Source: Convolutriloba macropyga | Lineage: Eukaryota | DNA: 64,000 bases | Assembly (NCBI RefSeq): GCF_964194025.1 | Contig: NC_134469.1 | Span: 42,532,001 to 42,596,000 of the forward strand | Direction: 5' to 3' | Shown: positions 25,890 through 36,078 of the stretch, one piece after another | Numbering within the stretch: the stretch's first letter is position 1 | Layout: the number at the start of each line of letters is the position of its first letter | Made by a program: the position numbers and the translations under genes | Notes under the pieces: generated by a model | Seen by the model: only the letters and a program-made list of their open reading frames with translations | Told to the model about the DNA's origin: nothing | Databases searched by the model: none

Positions 25890-26763
25890 CAAGCGCCCGA
25901 GGTGTTACGCAAATAAATGTAAGATAAGCGGTGAATGCGGTGAAAATACATAAATCAGGCGGTGCATGCGGTGGAAAAAAATTATCGCCTAGTAGCGGCG
26001 AAACTGCATAGTTTCACCACTGAATTTAGCGGTGAAATTACATAAATACACCACTTTGAAAAAAAGTGTCTAAATAATGTAAGATAAGAGATGAATGCGA
26101 TGAAATTACATAAATTCACTGCTTAACTTAGCTGTGAAATTACATAAATTCACTTCTTAGAAAAAGAGTAGAAAATATAAGATTATGAGGGCAATTTTAG
26201 GGGGGGGGGGGTAAAACGAGGTAAGATAAGGGGGCAATGGGGAGTACGGGAGGAAATGTTAGATTTAACCCCCCTAATGTTACCCCCCGATCTTACATCT
26301 GTTTGACACTTTTTCTATTCTAAGCAGTGATATTATGAAATTTCGTCACCAGATTAAGCGGTGACCTTACAAAAAAAATCACACATTTCACCGTTATTAT
26401 ATGTAACTTCACCGCTAAAAATCGCAAATCTTACAACATTTAAAGCTCATGTTTTCTAGAAAATAGAGTGAATTTGATTTCAATTCAAAACAAAAAGCCA
26501 AGAAGTTAGTGAGAAGTGGCGCAGTGGAAGAAGAATTGACTGACATGCTGGGTGTGACAGGTTCGAATACGTGTAAGTACGGTAAATTATATTAAGTGGT
26601 GAAATGTGGTGTCTTTTTGTAAGCTCACCGCTTAATCTAGTAGAGAAATCACATAATTTTATCACCGTACTTCAGCGCAAAATTGTGTACGAAATTTGCG
26701 GCGAGACAAACACTACTTTTCACCGCTTATCTTACTTTTTTTCCGATTGTTCCTCGACCCGGG
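25890..26763 (+). mobile_element. CACTA/EnSpm-like non-autonomous element (long subfamily)
   Basis: Degenerate left TIR (CCCGAGGTGT), right TIR CTCGACCCGGG, GCGGTGAAATTACATAA repeats. Box A TGGCGCAGTGG at 26517, box B GGTTCGAATAC at 26560. Confidence 0.8.
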
Positions 26764-27208
26764 GGATTGTCTGCATAACTAAATTCATTTTTAAATAGAC
26801 ACCATCCCTTGTTATTATCAAATGCTTGTCTTCTGTTAGATTCTTTACGTGTCTTATGCTATTATATCTGACCACAATTATCGATCAAAAATACTCCAAA
26901 TACAAGAACTTAAGAAAAATTATTGTATTTTCACCACTCCTGATAACAGTTGAAGCCAAATATTTGATGTTTTTAGGACGCTGCTACTTTAAACTCATAG
27001 CCAATTTCTTTCCATTATCTATCACATTTATGCTTAACAACTGTGGTCTCACAACATCTTATCAAAAACGGCCGGTAGAAGAATTGTAACAAATTGTCTG
27101 AAATGAGCGGAATTTGAAATACTTGTAGCTCACAGGCTTCTTTGTGTTGAATATCAAACTAAAAAAACAGAAAAACAAACACAAATAAGAAGACTTAGGG
27201 GAACATAA

Positions 27209-27727
27209 CCCGGATCGAGGTGTCACAGCTAAAATCGCTAAAAGATGTAACATTTGCGGTGAATTTGAGTAAAAAGTGTAATGCGGTGAAAAAAGCTTTT
27301 AGGCTGTGAATTTTTTTCACCGCTTCAGCGGTGAAAGAAAAGTGTTCACCGCTACCAGCAAAATGCGGTGAAGAAAAATTTTCACTGCTACCAGAAGAAT
27401 GCGGTGAAAAAATTTTTACTGCTAAAGTTTCAAATCTTACAAATATTCAACTCTAATTTCAACGCTTAACCTAAATTCTCAGGAAACATTAGTTAAGCAA
27501 GTAGATGGTGAAGTGGAATAAGAAGTTCTTAAACACAGGAGGTTAGAGGTTCGAACCCGGGTACGGCTGTTTTTTTTAAGGAATGCGGCGAAAAAAATTT
27601 TCACCGCTAAAAACTGCAAATTTTACAAAAATTCACCGCAATATATATTGAGGGCGCTTTGCAGTGAAAAAAACGTTTATTTTCAGCGCTAATCTTACAT
27701 TGTATTTTGACCAAACCCCGACCCGGG
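27209..27727 (+). mobile_element. CACTA/EnSpm-like non-autonomous element (short subfamily)
   Basis: AA|CCCGGATCGAGGTGTCAC...CCCGACCCGGG|AA. GCGGTGAA repeats. Box A/box B/T-run cassette at 27506-27577. Confidence 0.85.
27501..27577 (+). promoter_or_regulatory. tRNA-derived Pol III type-2 promoter (box A/box B) with oligo-T terminator, inside a DNA transposon
   Basis: TGGTGAAGTGG (27506-27516), GGTTCGAACCC (27548-27558), T8 (27570-27577). Homologous cassette present in the four other copies. Confidence 0.55.
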
Positions 27728-29127
27728 AAATAAACTACTCAAATCATATATTTTCTTAGCTTTCCCAAGTGCAGACCTGGCATTACCAAAAGACCGTCCT
27801 TGGCCGATTTAATGCATAAAAAAACTGTCTTCGACAGATTTTTTGTATGTAAAGAGTTTGTCTCGACTTTGTGTGATGTTCTTGATTTTGGCTGGACAAT
27901 AAGACGTGTCCTGGAAAATGGCCGGACAATAAAATGTGTCCTGTTACAATAAATAACGGCTAAAAATATTGCTAACTAATCCTCAAAGCATAGTCAGCAT
28001 GCATGCTTCTTGATCTTGCGATCTAGAAGAACCGTCAATCAATCAAAAATCAGCATCGTTTTTGTCAAAAAAAACTAAATTAGAAAACTGAAAAAGAAAA
28101 ATTGAATAATGCCGCACTTTCATCTTGGCTTGTGGGAAGAAGACCATTACCATTAAACCAACTAGTTTCATTCAATCAACTATTGTCGCAATATAGTGCA
28201 GGCCCGATTTCTTTGTCTCGGTCGACTATCTTTCCTATCTTCAAACGCTTGCTGGCTTAACCAAGCACACAAAACACAAAACAGAGCACCACTTACAATT
28301 CGTTTAAAACTTCGATTGTATGACCTTCAAAAACTACACGATGAATGCAACCTTCCTAGCTCCGGATCTACTTGACTAAAGATTACATCAATCAAACACA
28401 AACGAGAAAAAAAATCAATTGTGCACACTATAGGAAAAAAGCGATTGAAATCTTGCAAAAGCACGCAAGACCTTCTAATTGAGTTAATGATCAAACTACC
28501 AACTATATCCCTTCAATTAAGAATCTTTCTGTTTACAATTATTTTTTGAATCAGAAATAAGTGGTCTTCGGTAAAGACCGATAGGATCTTTTATATAGAA
28601 ATCGGGATCAAATTTTGGATCAGCAGGAGTCTCTCGAATCTAAAATCACCCGCCATTTCTGAGGCTTTTATATGCTCTTCTGATGTTTCACAATCTTATT
28701 ATAGCTTTAGAACGAAAAATTACACATTTCAGAATGTGCAAAAGAAAACAAAAACTGTCAGCAGAGCAGTAGAATGAGAGCAGTATGAAATAGCAATTCA
28801 GAAGCTTGCAAACCTTGCTGTAGTGCTCGACCTTGCAAAACTAAAATTGCAGAATGAGTTCATTTCCCCCACACGCCACAGTTATCTAGACAGAGCAGAC
28901 AAAGCTTGTCAAATTTTACTTAATCTTCTCTTCTTTAAATTTCCTTTACTTTTTTCCTCTCTTCTTCTGCAGCCTTTCTCTTACATAAAATATGTTTTGC
29001 CTATTACGCCTACGCGTAACAAACAACCAGTATTAACGAAAACCACCACTAGCCTGAGATACACAGGCAAGAAAATCCAGGGACGCAAATTCAAGGTCGC
29101 AATGGCTTTAAAAAAACCTAAACTCTC

Positions 29128-29619
29128 TGTTATACTCGTACACAATGAGTATAGTCAATTGAATTGCAAATGGCCTCGCACAAGCTGAGATAGGCACTTG
29201 CGCCGCGAATGGCAGGTTTAGTTGTTACTTTCAACTAGATACTTTCTAGATTGGGCAATCGCGGTGCGATTAACTCTAACTGAACTAATAAGCTCAAATG
29301 AGAAGCGTTTGCAAGAATTAAATTAGACTGAGCGTTAGCGCTGCAAATTGGAGAATGAAAGTTAATGATGATACAAATTATGAAAGAAAGTTTGTTCAGG
29401 TTTTAATCATACATAAAGGAAGCAAAGTTTGATTTGTTTACAACGTGAATGAATATATATCCGGTACAGACGGAATGAACAGACTAAACTGCTAAAAATG
29501 GGAGGAAGTATATAGCAACTGAACTTAAATGGCATTCGCCCTTCAAATGGAACTTACAACAATGAATTAATTTAAAATACGGATATGGATACATGAAGGG
29601 TATCAATTGCCGTATGACA
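29128..29619 (-). repeat. 3' LTR (492 bp)
   Basis: Direct repeat of 35587-36078, about 6 substitutions and no indels seen. Confidence 0.97.
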
Positions 29620-29632
29620 TTTCCCCCTCTTT
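29620..29632 (-). promoter_or_regulatory. Polypurine tract
   Basis: AAAGAGGGGGAAA on the minus strand immediately before the 3' LTR. Confidence 0.9.
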
Positions 29633-29750
29633 GAGAAAAATAAATTACTAATTAAAATCAGAAAATTAATAAATATTCACCGGTTACTAAGTAATATAAT
29701 ATTAAATAATAGGTATAATAAAAATTTATGAAAGTTTGCTTTATCTAAGT

Positions 29751-32203
29751 TCATTCGCTATCGCTATTTTCAGCATTTTCAGCCTGGAGAACTGTCATCT
29801 CCCTCGGTTGGTCTTGCGATTACTCAGCTTCTTCATTTGACTCTCCCACAACTCCAGTATCCTGATAATCAGTGTAGCCTTCTGTGCTACGAACTTTTTC
29901 GACAATTGTTTGTGATTTTTGGGACTTCTTCTTCAATGTCCTCTTGCTTTTCCGAATAGAAGACGTGTCGGAATCCAATGTATCACTGACCGTGAGTTGG
30001 CGTTTTGAAGTTTTCCGCAAGATGGGTGTAGGCTGTTTTTGTACTGATGAGGCTATTTGTGCCCCTGATGGTCCTGCTGATGCCACTTCAAATTTAGTAT
30101 TTGTGTGAGGTCGGGTCGATTTTGGAATGCCTCGTCGTATTTCGGGTTTCTTTTTGGCACTCTCATCTTCAATGATCTTGCAATATTGCTTGCTGTAGAT
30201 ATGCAAGATCGTCCCGAAGAAACGACACTCACATCATCTGTTTGTTTCCTATTGCGCTTTATCTTTTTCTCGCCAGTATTTTTTCGAAAAAGATCTCGTT
30301 TGTGTTGCTGAATTTTTTGTTCGAGAGTTTTTTCGTTTATCTTCTTTGGGCGTCGTTCTATGTATTGTGATAGCTCCGTTTCACGTTGAGCCCGCGTCCC
30401 AAATTTGGCGATGTCAGCGTTCCTAACCCGTACTTCTTGTTGTAGGGTTCTTTGATGACACTCGTCGTAGGACTTATTTTGCACACTGTGCTGCCAGGTG
30501 CTAACACCTCATAGAGGCCATCCAAGTTCTTCTTTTGGCGTTGGTTCGCGTGTATCTTGCGGGCCAACTTCACCTGCACGCTACGTTGTGAGCAGGGAAT
30601 TGCGCGGTAAACGACATCTGGCTTTATGAAACGATCTTCCCCGTCGTTTCGTTTCTCTTGTTCTGTTCTAGCGCGGGTACTTGCGGCGCAAATGACTCGC
30701 TCAATTTCCGTGTCAGAACAAAGAGCTGTATCCGCCCACTGTTCTTCTGTAAGGTAGGAGCGGCCCGGGACTGTATCTTCGTCTAAATAATAATTAATTA
30801 TTGCATTATAGTTGAGATTTTTGCTATCAGATTTAGTTGTAATATTTGATATAGGTGTGTTACATTTTCTACCGAAGTGTGCCTCAAATGGTGCGATTGT
30901 TATTGTTTTTTGTTTTGATATTCTTAGTCGTTGTATTATTGCTTTCAGTGAATTTTCTAAGTTAAATTTTTTATTTAATTGTGATTTCATGCAAGATAAT
31001 TGTCGTTTAATTGTTTGAACGATACGTTCTACTAATCCGATTGCTCTATGGTCATTTGCTGGTGCATATATAGGTGTAATATTATTTTCTGTACAAAATG
31101 TCTCAAACTTTTTTCCTGTAAAACATCTAGCTTGATCTAATCTAATAGTTCTAGGTACTCCGTGTTGATATATATAATTATTTAGGAATTTGATTACATT
31201 TGGACCTGATGCATTATTTACTATATCTGCTGTGGGGTATTTAGAATTTCTATCTATACTTGTAATAAAATATTGTTCTATGCCTTTCTCATTTAAAATT
31301 GGACCACCAAAATCTAATTGTATTTCGTCATTTGGTTCACTACATTTAGGTAGAGGAGTCCATTTGCGGTGCGGAATCACTGATTTGAGGTTCTTCCCAA
31401 TTTCCGTGCAAGCTTTGCACTCACTGGCCTTTGCCAGTATGTCTCTGTGGATGTAGGGCCACCAGATATTTTGGGCTAAAGAGAGCATAGCGAAACTGCT
31501 TGGATATGTGGAATGAATATCTTCCAACACCGCATCCTTAATTGATTTTGGAATCGCAATTCTCTCATCTAAGCAGACACACCCGTGTTTCACGCTTAGA
31601 TCTCTCCAATATGAGAAGAGATGAGGACTGATCTCTTGCAATCGTTCCGCATCATTTCTAATCACACAGTCCCTCAATTCTTTCAGTATCGCGTCCTTTC
31701 CAGTCAGTATTGCCAGAAACTTCTTACTGAACACTTTATTGAGTGTCTCAGTAAACATCATGTCGTCGGCCTCGTCTATCATACTACCAGTTGGGGTTTC
31801 TGTATGAGTTGTTGCATTGGATTCGGGTGTTGAAGGTGTTGTGTCGGAGAAAGTTACGCTCGCCTTAGTAGGGGTCGATTTAGAGCGGGTTGCTTTGGCC
31901 TTTGACATCGTTTTGATACTATTTACTGAATTATTTGATATGAGAGGTTTATTGTGTTTATTCACAAAGTAGTGTTTCGTAGGCAGAATTAGGGCAAAAA
32001 GCAAGTGATTTTTGTGTAAGTGGTATTTATACTTGGGGACTTGTGTTTTCACGCTTAATTTAGTGTTATTAGGTGTATTACTTGACTTATTACCATTAAT
32101 GGGCTGCATTGGGGATAATTGTTCAGATTGTTCACATTCTTTACTGTCTAATATTTGCACCTCTTTTGCAGCGAATTTGTTAATGGAATGTCAATTATTT
32201 ACT
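29751..32203 (-). pseudogene. pol: Integrase region of pol: long N-terminal linker, Zn-finger, DD35E core, long basic/low-complexity C-terminal extension (frameshifted)
   Basis: ORF 30358-32160 contains HSTY...WWPYIHRDI...CKAC, QLDFGGP and RLDQ-x35-E (GLVER). Continues via frameshifts into ORFs 30053-30484 and 29820-30206, then past an in-frame stop to a TGA at 29751. Confidence 0.9.
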
Positions 32204-34489
32204 TTACGGTGATTTGGTACAAATTGTAATTTTGTAAATTTTGGGTGGCATTTGCGACGCAAATGGATCTACAGAATACGGATTAATTTTAGAATTAGCA
32301 TGTGTAAATTGCGGTGCGAATGGAGTTTTCAATGGTGAAACAGTTAATTGTGATGCAAATGCTTTCTTGCAATTAGGTGAATTATCACTTTGAGATATGG
32401 TTAATCGCGATGCGAGTGGTCGTGTTACTTTTAGTGAAGGCAAATTTGACTTTAAAATGTTTTTAAATTTTTTAGTTGCTGTTTGTCTATTTAAAATTAG
32501 GTGTTTCATTGAATCAAGGATTTTTGAAATTGTTGCTACAACAAAATGTTCGTCGTATGTAGATATCTTTTTAGCTCTGGCGAATGAGTTTCTGGAAATG
32601 TAGTCAACGAGTCCCATCTTTGCACCTGGCATATGCTCAATTGTGAAATTGTACGGTAGCAATCTATCTATCCATCCAGACAGTCGACTATTGTATGAAT
32701 TGTTTGATCGGTGTTCTTTAAGTATGGACAATAGAGCTCTATGATCTGTCACTACCGTAAAGTTTTTTCCGTATAAATAGTATTTAAAATAATCAATTGA
32801 CCAAACTATCCCCAATAGTTCCAATTCATTGACACTGTAGCGTTCTTCCGTTGAATATAGAAATGGTGACGCGAATGCTATTGGTTTCCAACCATCCGGT
32901 GTATTTTGTTCTAATGCTGCCCCCAATCCTGAACGAGAGGCATCACATTTTACGCGAACGTCCAATTTAGGGTTGTAATGGCTATTTTCTGTACTATTTG
33001 CTATTTTTTCTTTAATCTGATTAAAATGTTTAGTGTGTTCATCTGTCCAGATGAATTTTACTGATTTCTTTAAAAGTGGATGACATAATTGTGCTAGGTG
33101 TGGTATAAATTTGCCAATGTAATGTACTGACCCTTGAAATGATCTAAGACTTTTTAATGTTGTTGGTGGTGGTATTGTTAAAATTGCAGCTGTTTTGCTT
33201 TCTAAATGTGATATTCCAGTCTGTGTAAATTTGTAACTGAGCCATTCTATTTTTGATTTTGCAAAGTGACATTTCTGGAGGTTAATTCTCAAGTTATCGT
33301 CATCTAATTTCTTTAGACATTAGTGAGCGTAGGCTAAATGGTCTGCTTCAGTGCCGGTACTAACGATTATGATATCGTCCAAGAAACAATATGTGTTTTG
33401 CAAGCCTATGAGTGTGTAATCCATAGCTTTTTGAAATTCTGCCAGCATATCTGTAAGTCCATAAAAACCAGTTTTGAATCTATATGTACCGGTAGATTCT
33501 CCACATATGATGTTAAAATTACAGTGTTTTGCTGTGTCGTGATGTAATTTTAGTTGACTATATGCATACTTTAGATCTAATGTGGTGAAATATGCTTGCT
33601 GACCGCTTTGTGTATCTGTAAGGTGTTGTGAGATGGTGTCGATTAACATTCAATATTAGGCATTTGGTATTTTTTTTTATGTATTGCTTTATTTAGTACT
33701 TTAGAATCTAAGGCTAGTTTTATCGACTGATCTTTCTTCACTGTGATTACAATCGGGGAGATGAAATGTTCGTCAGAGCAACTAGATAGTTTTTCGATAT
33801 CACCTTCAGTCTGTAATCTTTGTAATTCGTCTGACACTCTAGGTTGAAGATTTATCGGAACACGTCGACCTTTTTGATGCTTTGCTGTGAACTTTTGATG
33901 AAACTTTGATTTCGCTACATGTGTTTTAGATAAGCCAATTCTTGATACTAGATGTGGAAATTGCGTCGCGATTGACTCTTTAATTTTACATGTAAAATTA
34001 TTGATGTTATAAACACATTTACCAGCTTCTGGTTGTTGTTGAACAACTGCAAGTCCCAATGTAGTGAACAGATCTCTTCCGATGATATTTTTGTGCCCAT
34101 CATCTACCACAGTCAACATTGCTGATTTGTCTTGCCATTGATTGTAGATTACTGTGGTTTCCAAGTGCCCAATGACTTTAATCGGCTCATTTGAAAAAGT
34201 TTTCAAATTCCTTCTTTCTGTTGAATCTGTCCATTTGACTGATTTTGTAGATCGGATGATTTTATTCGCTAAACTTTTTGTGATGATACTGACAGCACTT
34301 CCAGAGTCAATCATAGCAGATGTTTTTATTTCCCCCATTTGCACTTCCACGTTCAATGGTTCCAATTGATGAACTAAATCCGAAGAAATCGCCGCCACAT
34401 AGTCATCTGAATCACTATCGTAGTTTGAATCGTACACCTGTTCGTACAATTGTTGATAGCTCGTTATATAGTTGACGGATTCTTCGTCA
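32204..34489 (-). pseudogene. pol: Protease, reverse transcriptase and RNase H of pol (one frameshift, one in-frame stop)
   Basis: AMIDSGSAVS (aspartic protease). TTLDLKYAYSQL, FYGL and FLDDII (RT). CDASRSGLGAAL, YSVNELELL and VTDHRAL (RNase H). Frameshift at ~33649, TAA at 33320. Confidence 0.95.
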
Positions 34490-35587
34490 TCACTTTTTTT
34501 CCGGCGACTGATCGATTTGGTTTACATTTGATTTTTTGGTTTTCTGAATTGGATTCTGTGACATTTTCGCTTTGCGACATTTTCTGGCGAAATGACCCAT
34601 AATACCACAGTTATTGCATTTTTTACCATTCGCGGGACAAATCTGCTTATGGTTGTCGCTCCAACGAAGACCACAATCCGTACAAACACTCGTATTTTGA
34701 TAATTTTGAGGGACAGTTGGGTAGCGTGTGAAGTCTCGTTTTGTTGAAGGTCCATTCGCGTTGCGATTGCGTACTGAGTTATTATTGATGAAATTCACAG
34801 AAGTATTACCTGACATCAAGTTTTGGTTAATTTTCTGCTGATTCTGCGCTCCCATTTCCATTTGTATGGCTATCTCCAATGCTTTTGTTGGTTCTCCTGT
34901 TTCCTTCAACAACTCTTTCTGAGTCTCGTGATCAAGCATATTTAATATGAATGCATCACGAATTAGTGTAGTTTCTTCACTACCAAGATTGCAATTCTCC
35001 GCCAATTCTATGAGACGGCCGTAGAAACTTTCTACCGACTCTCCTTTTTGCTGCTTACACGAGTAGAAAACAAAGCGATCGTATGTTATATTACGAACCT
35101 TTGTGAATGAGTCCTCCATTGCCCGCCACAAATCTTTAAAAGGTTGTTTCTGGATCTGAAAATGAGGGTATTTGCTCTTGAAGATCCACCGTCCCTCTAT
35201 ACCAATGCTCAGTTATAGCAACGATATTGTCTTCTGTTCACAAATTCCCCACGGTTTGTCTCCACAGAGGATCCCGATTTCTTCAACCTTTTTGCAACGA
35301 TTTTGCCAGTTTACTTTCAATTGCTGGTTTCGAACTTTACGATCTCTTTCCGTTGCCTGTGTGTGGTTTTCCACCGGTTCTTCGTAGGTAGGTTCAGGCG
35401 GGTAAGTCACTGTTGTTGGGGGATCATTCAACAGGGTGTCCAATTGTATCGCTTCCTTAGCAAGTAGAACCAATTTCCATTGCTGCGTCCATTTGATCCA
35501 CGTCAGAGGAGGTGTTGCTGTCGGTTTCTCCCAAAATGCTTCTATATGAAGTGGTGTTTTCTTTGAGTCCGCTGCTGGCTGCGCCAT
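34490..35587 (-). pseudogene. gag: Gag with two Zn knuckles and a premature TAA at 35213
   Basis: MAQPAADSKK... continues in frame through TAA into ORF 34490-35131. KQQKGESVESF motif. CTDC-x7-H-x3-C and CNNC-x4-H-x4-C knuckles, a Mag-like pattern. Confidence 0.9.
35572..35586 (-). promoter_or_regulatory. Primer-binding site, tRNA-Ser-like
   Basis: TGGCGCAGCCAGCAG directly abuts the 5' LTR and resembles the complement of eukaryotic tRNA-Ser 3' ends (TGGCGCAGYCGGYAGG). Confidence 0.75.
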
Positions 35588-36078
35588 GTTATACTCGTAC
35601 ACAATGAGTATAGTCAATTGAATTGCAAATGGCCTCGCACAAGCTGAGATAGGCACTTGCGCCGTGAATGGCAGGTTTAGTTGTTACTTTCAACTAGATA
35701 CTTTCTAGATTGGGCAATCGCGGTGCGATTGACTCTAACTGAACTAATAAGCTCAAATGAGAAGCGTTTGCAAGAATTAAATTAGACTGAGCGTTAGCGC
35801 TGCAAATTGGAGAATGAAAATTAATGATGATACAAATTATGAAAGAAAGTTTGTTCAGGTTTTAATCATACATAAAGGAAGCAAAGTTTGATTTATTTAC
35901 AACGTGAATGAATATATATCCGGTACAGACGGAATGAACAGACTAAACTGCTAAAAATGGGAGGAAGTATATAGCAACTGAACTTAAATGGCATTCGCCC
36001 TTCAAATAGAACTTACAACAATGAATTAATTTAAAATACGGATATGGATACATGAAGGGTATCCATTGCCGTATGACA
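35587..36078 (-). repeat. 5' LTR (492 bp)
   Basis: TGTCATAC...GTATAACA on the minus strand. Matches 29128-29619. Confidence 0.97.

Larger units (their letters stand above)
29128..36078 (-). mobile_element. Full-length Ty3/gypsy (Mag-like) LTR retrotransposon, disabled
   Basis: Two 492-bp TG...CA LTRs. 5-bp TSD CTCTC (29123-29127, 36079-36083). Domain order gag-PR-RT-RH-IN. PBS and PPT present. Confidence 0.97.

Noticed and set aside
26510-26580. Functional tRNA gene
   Set aside because: Box A/B are present but there is no acceptor or anticodon stem pairing. Treated as a tRNA-derived cassette.
29820-30484. Separate env-like or accessory ORF downstream of integrase
   Set aside because: No signal peptide or transmembrane helix. 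The ORFs join the integrase by single frameshifts.
34488-34502. A-AAA-AAG slippery heptamer at the gag end, suggesting a programmed -1 frameshift
   Set aside because: Pol is in the +1 frame and the -1 frame hits a stop within ~9 codons. A 1-nt homopolymer insertion in a single gag-pol ORF is simpler.
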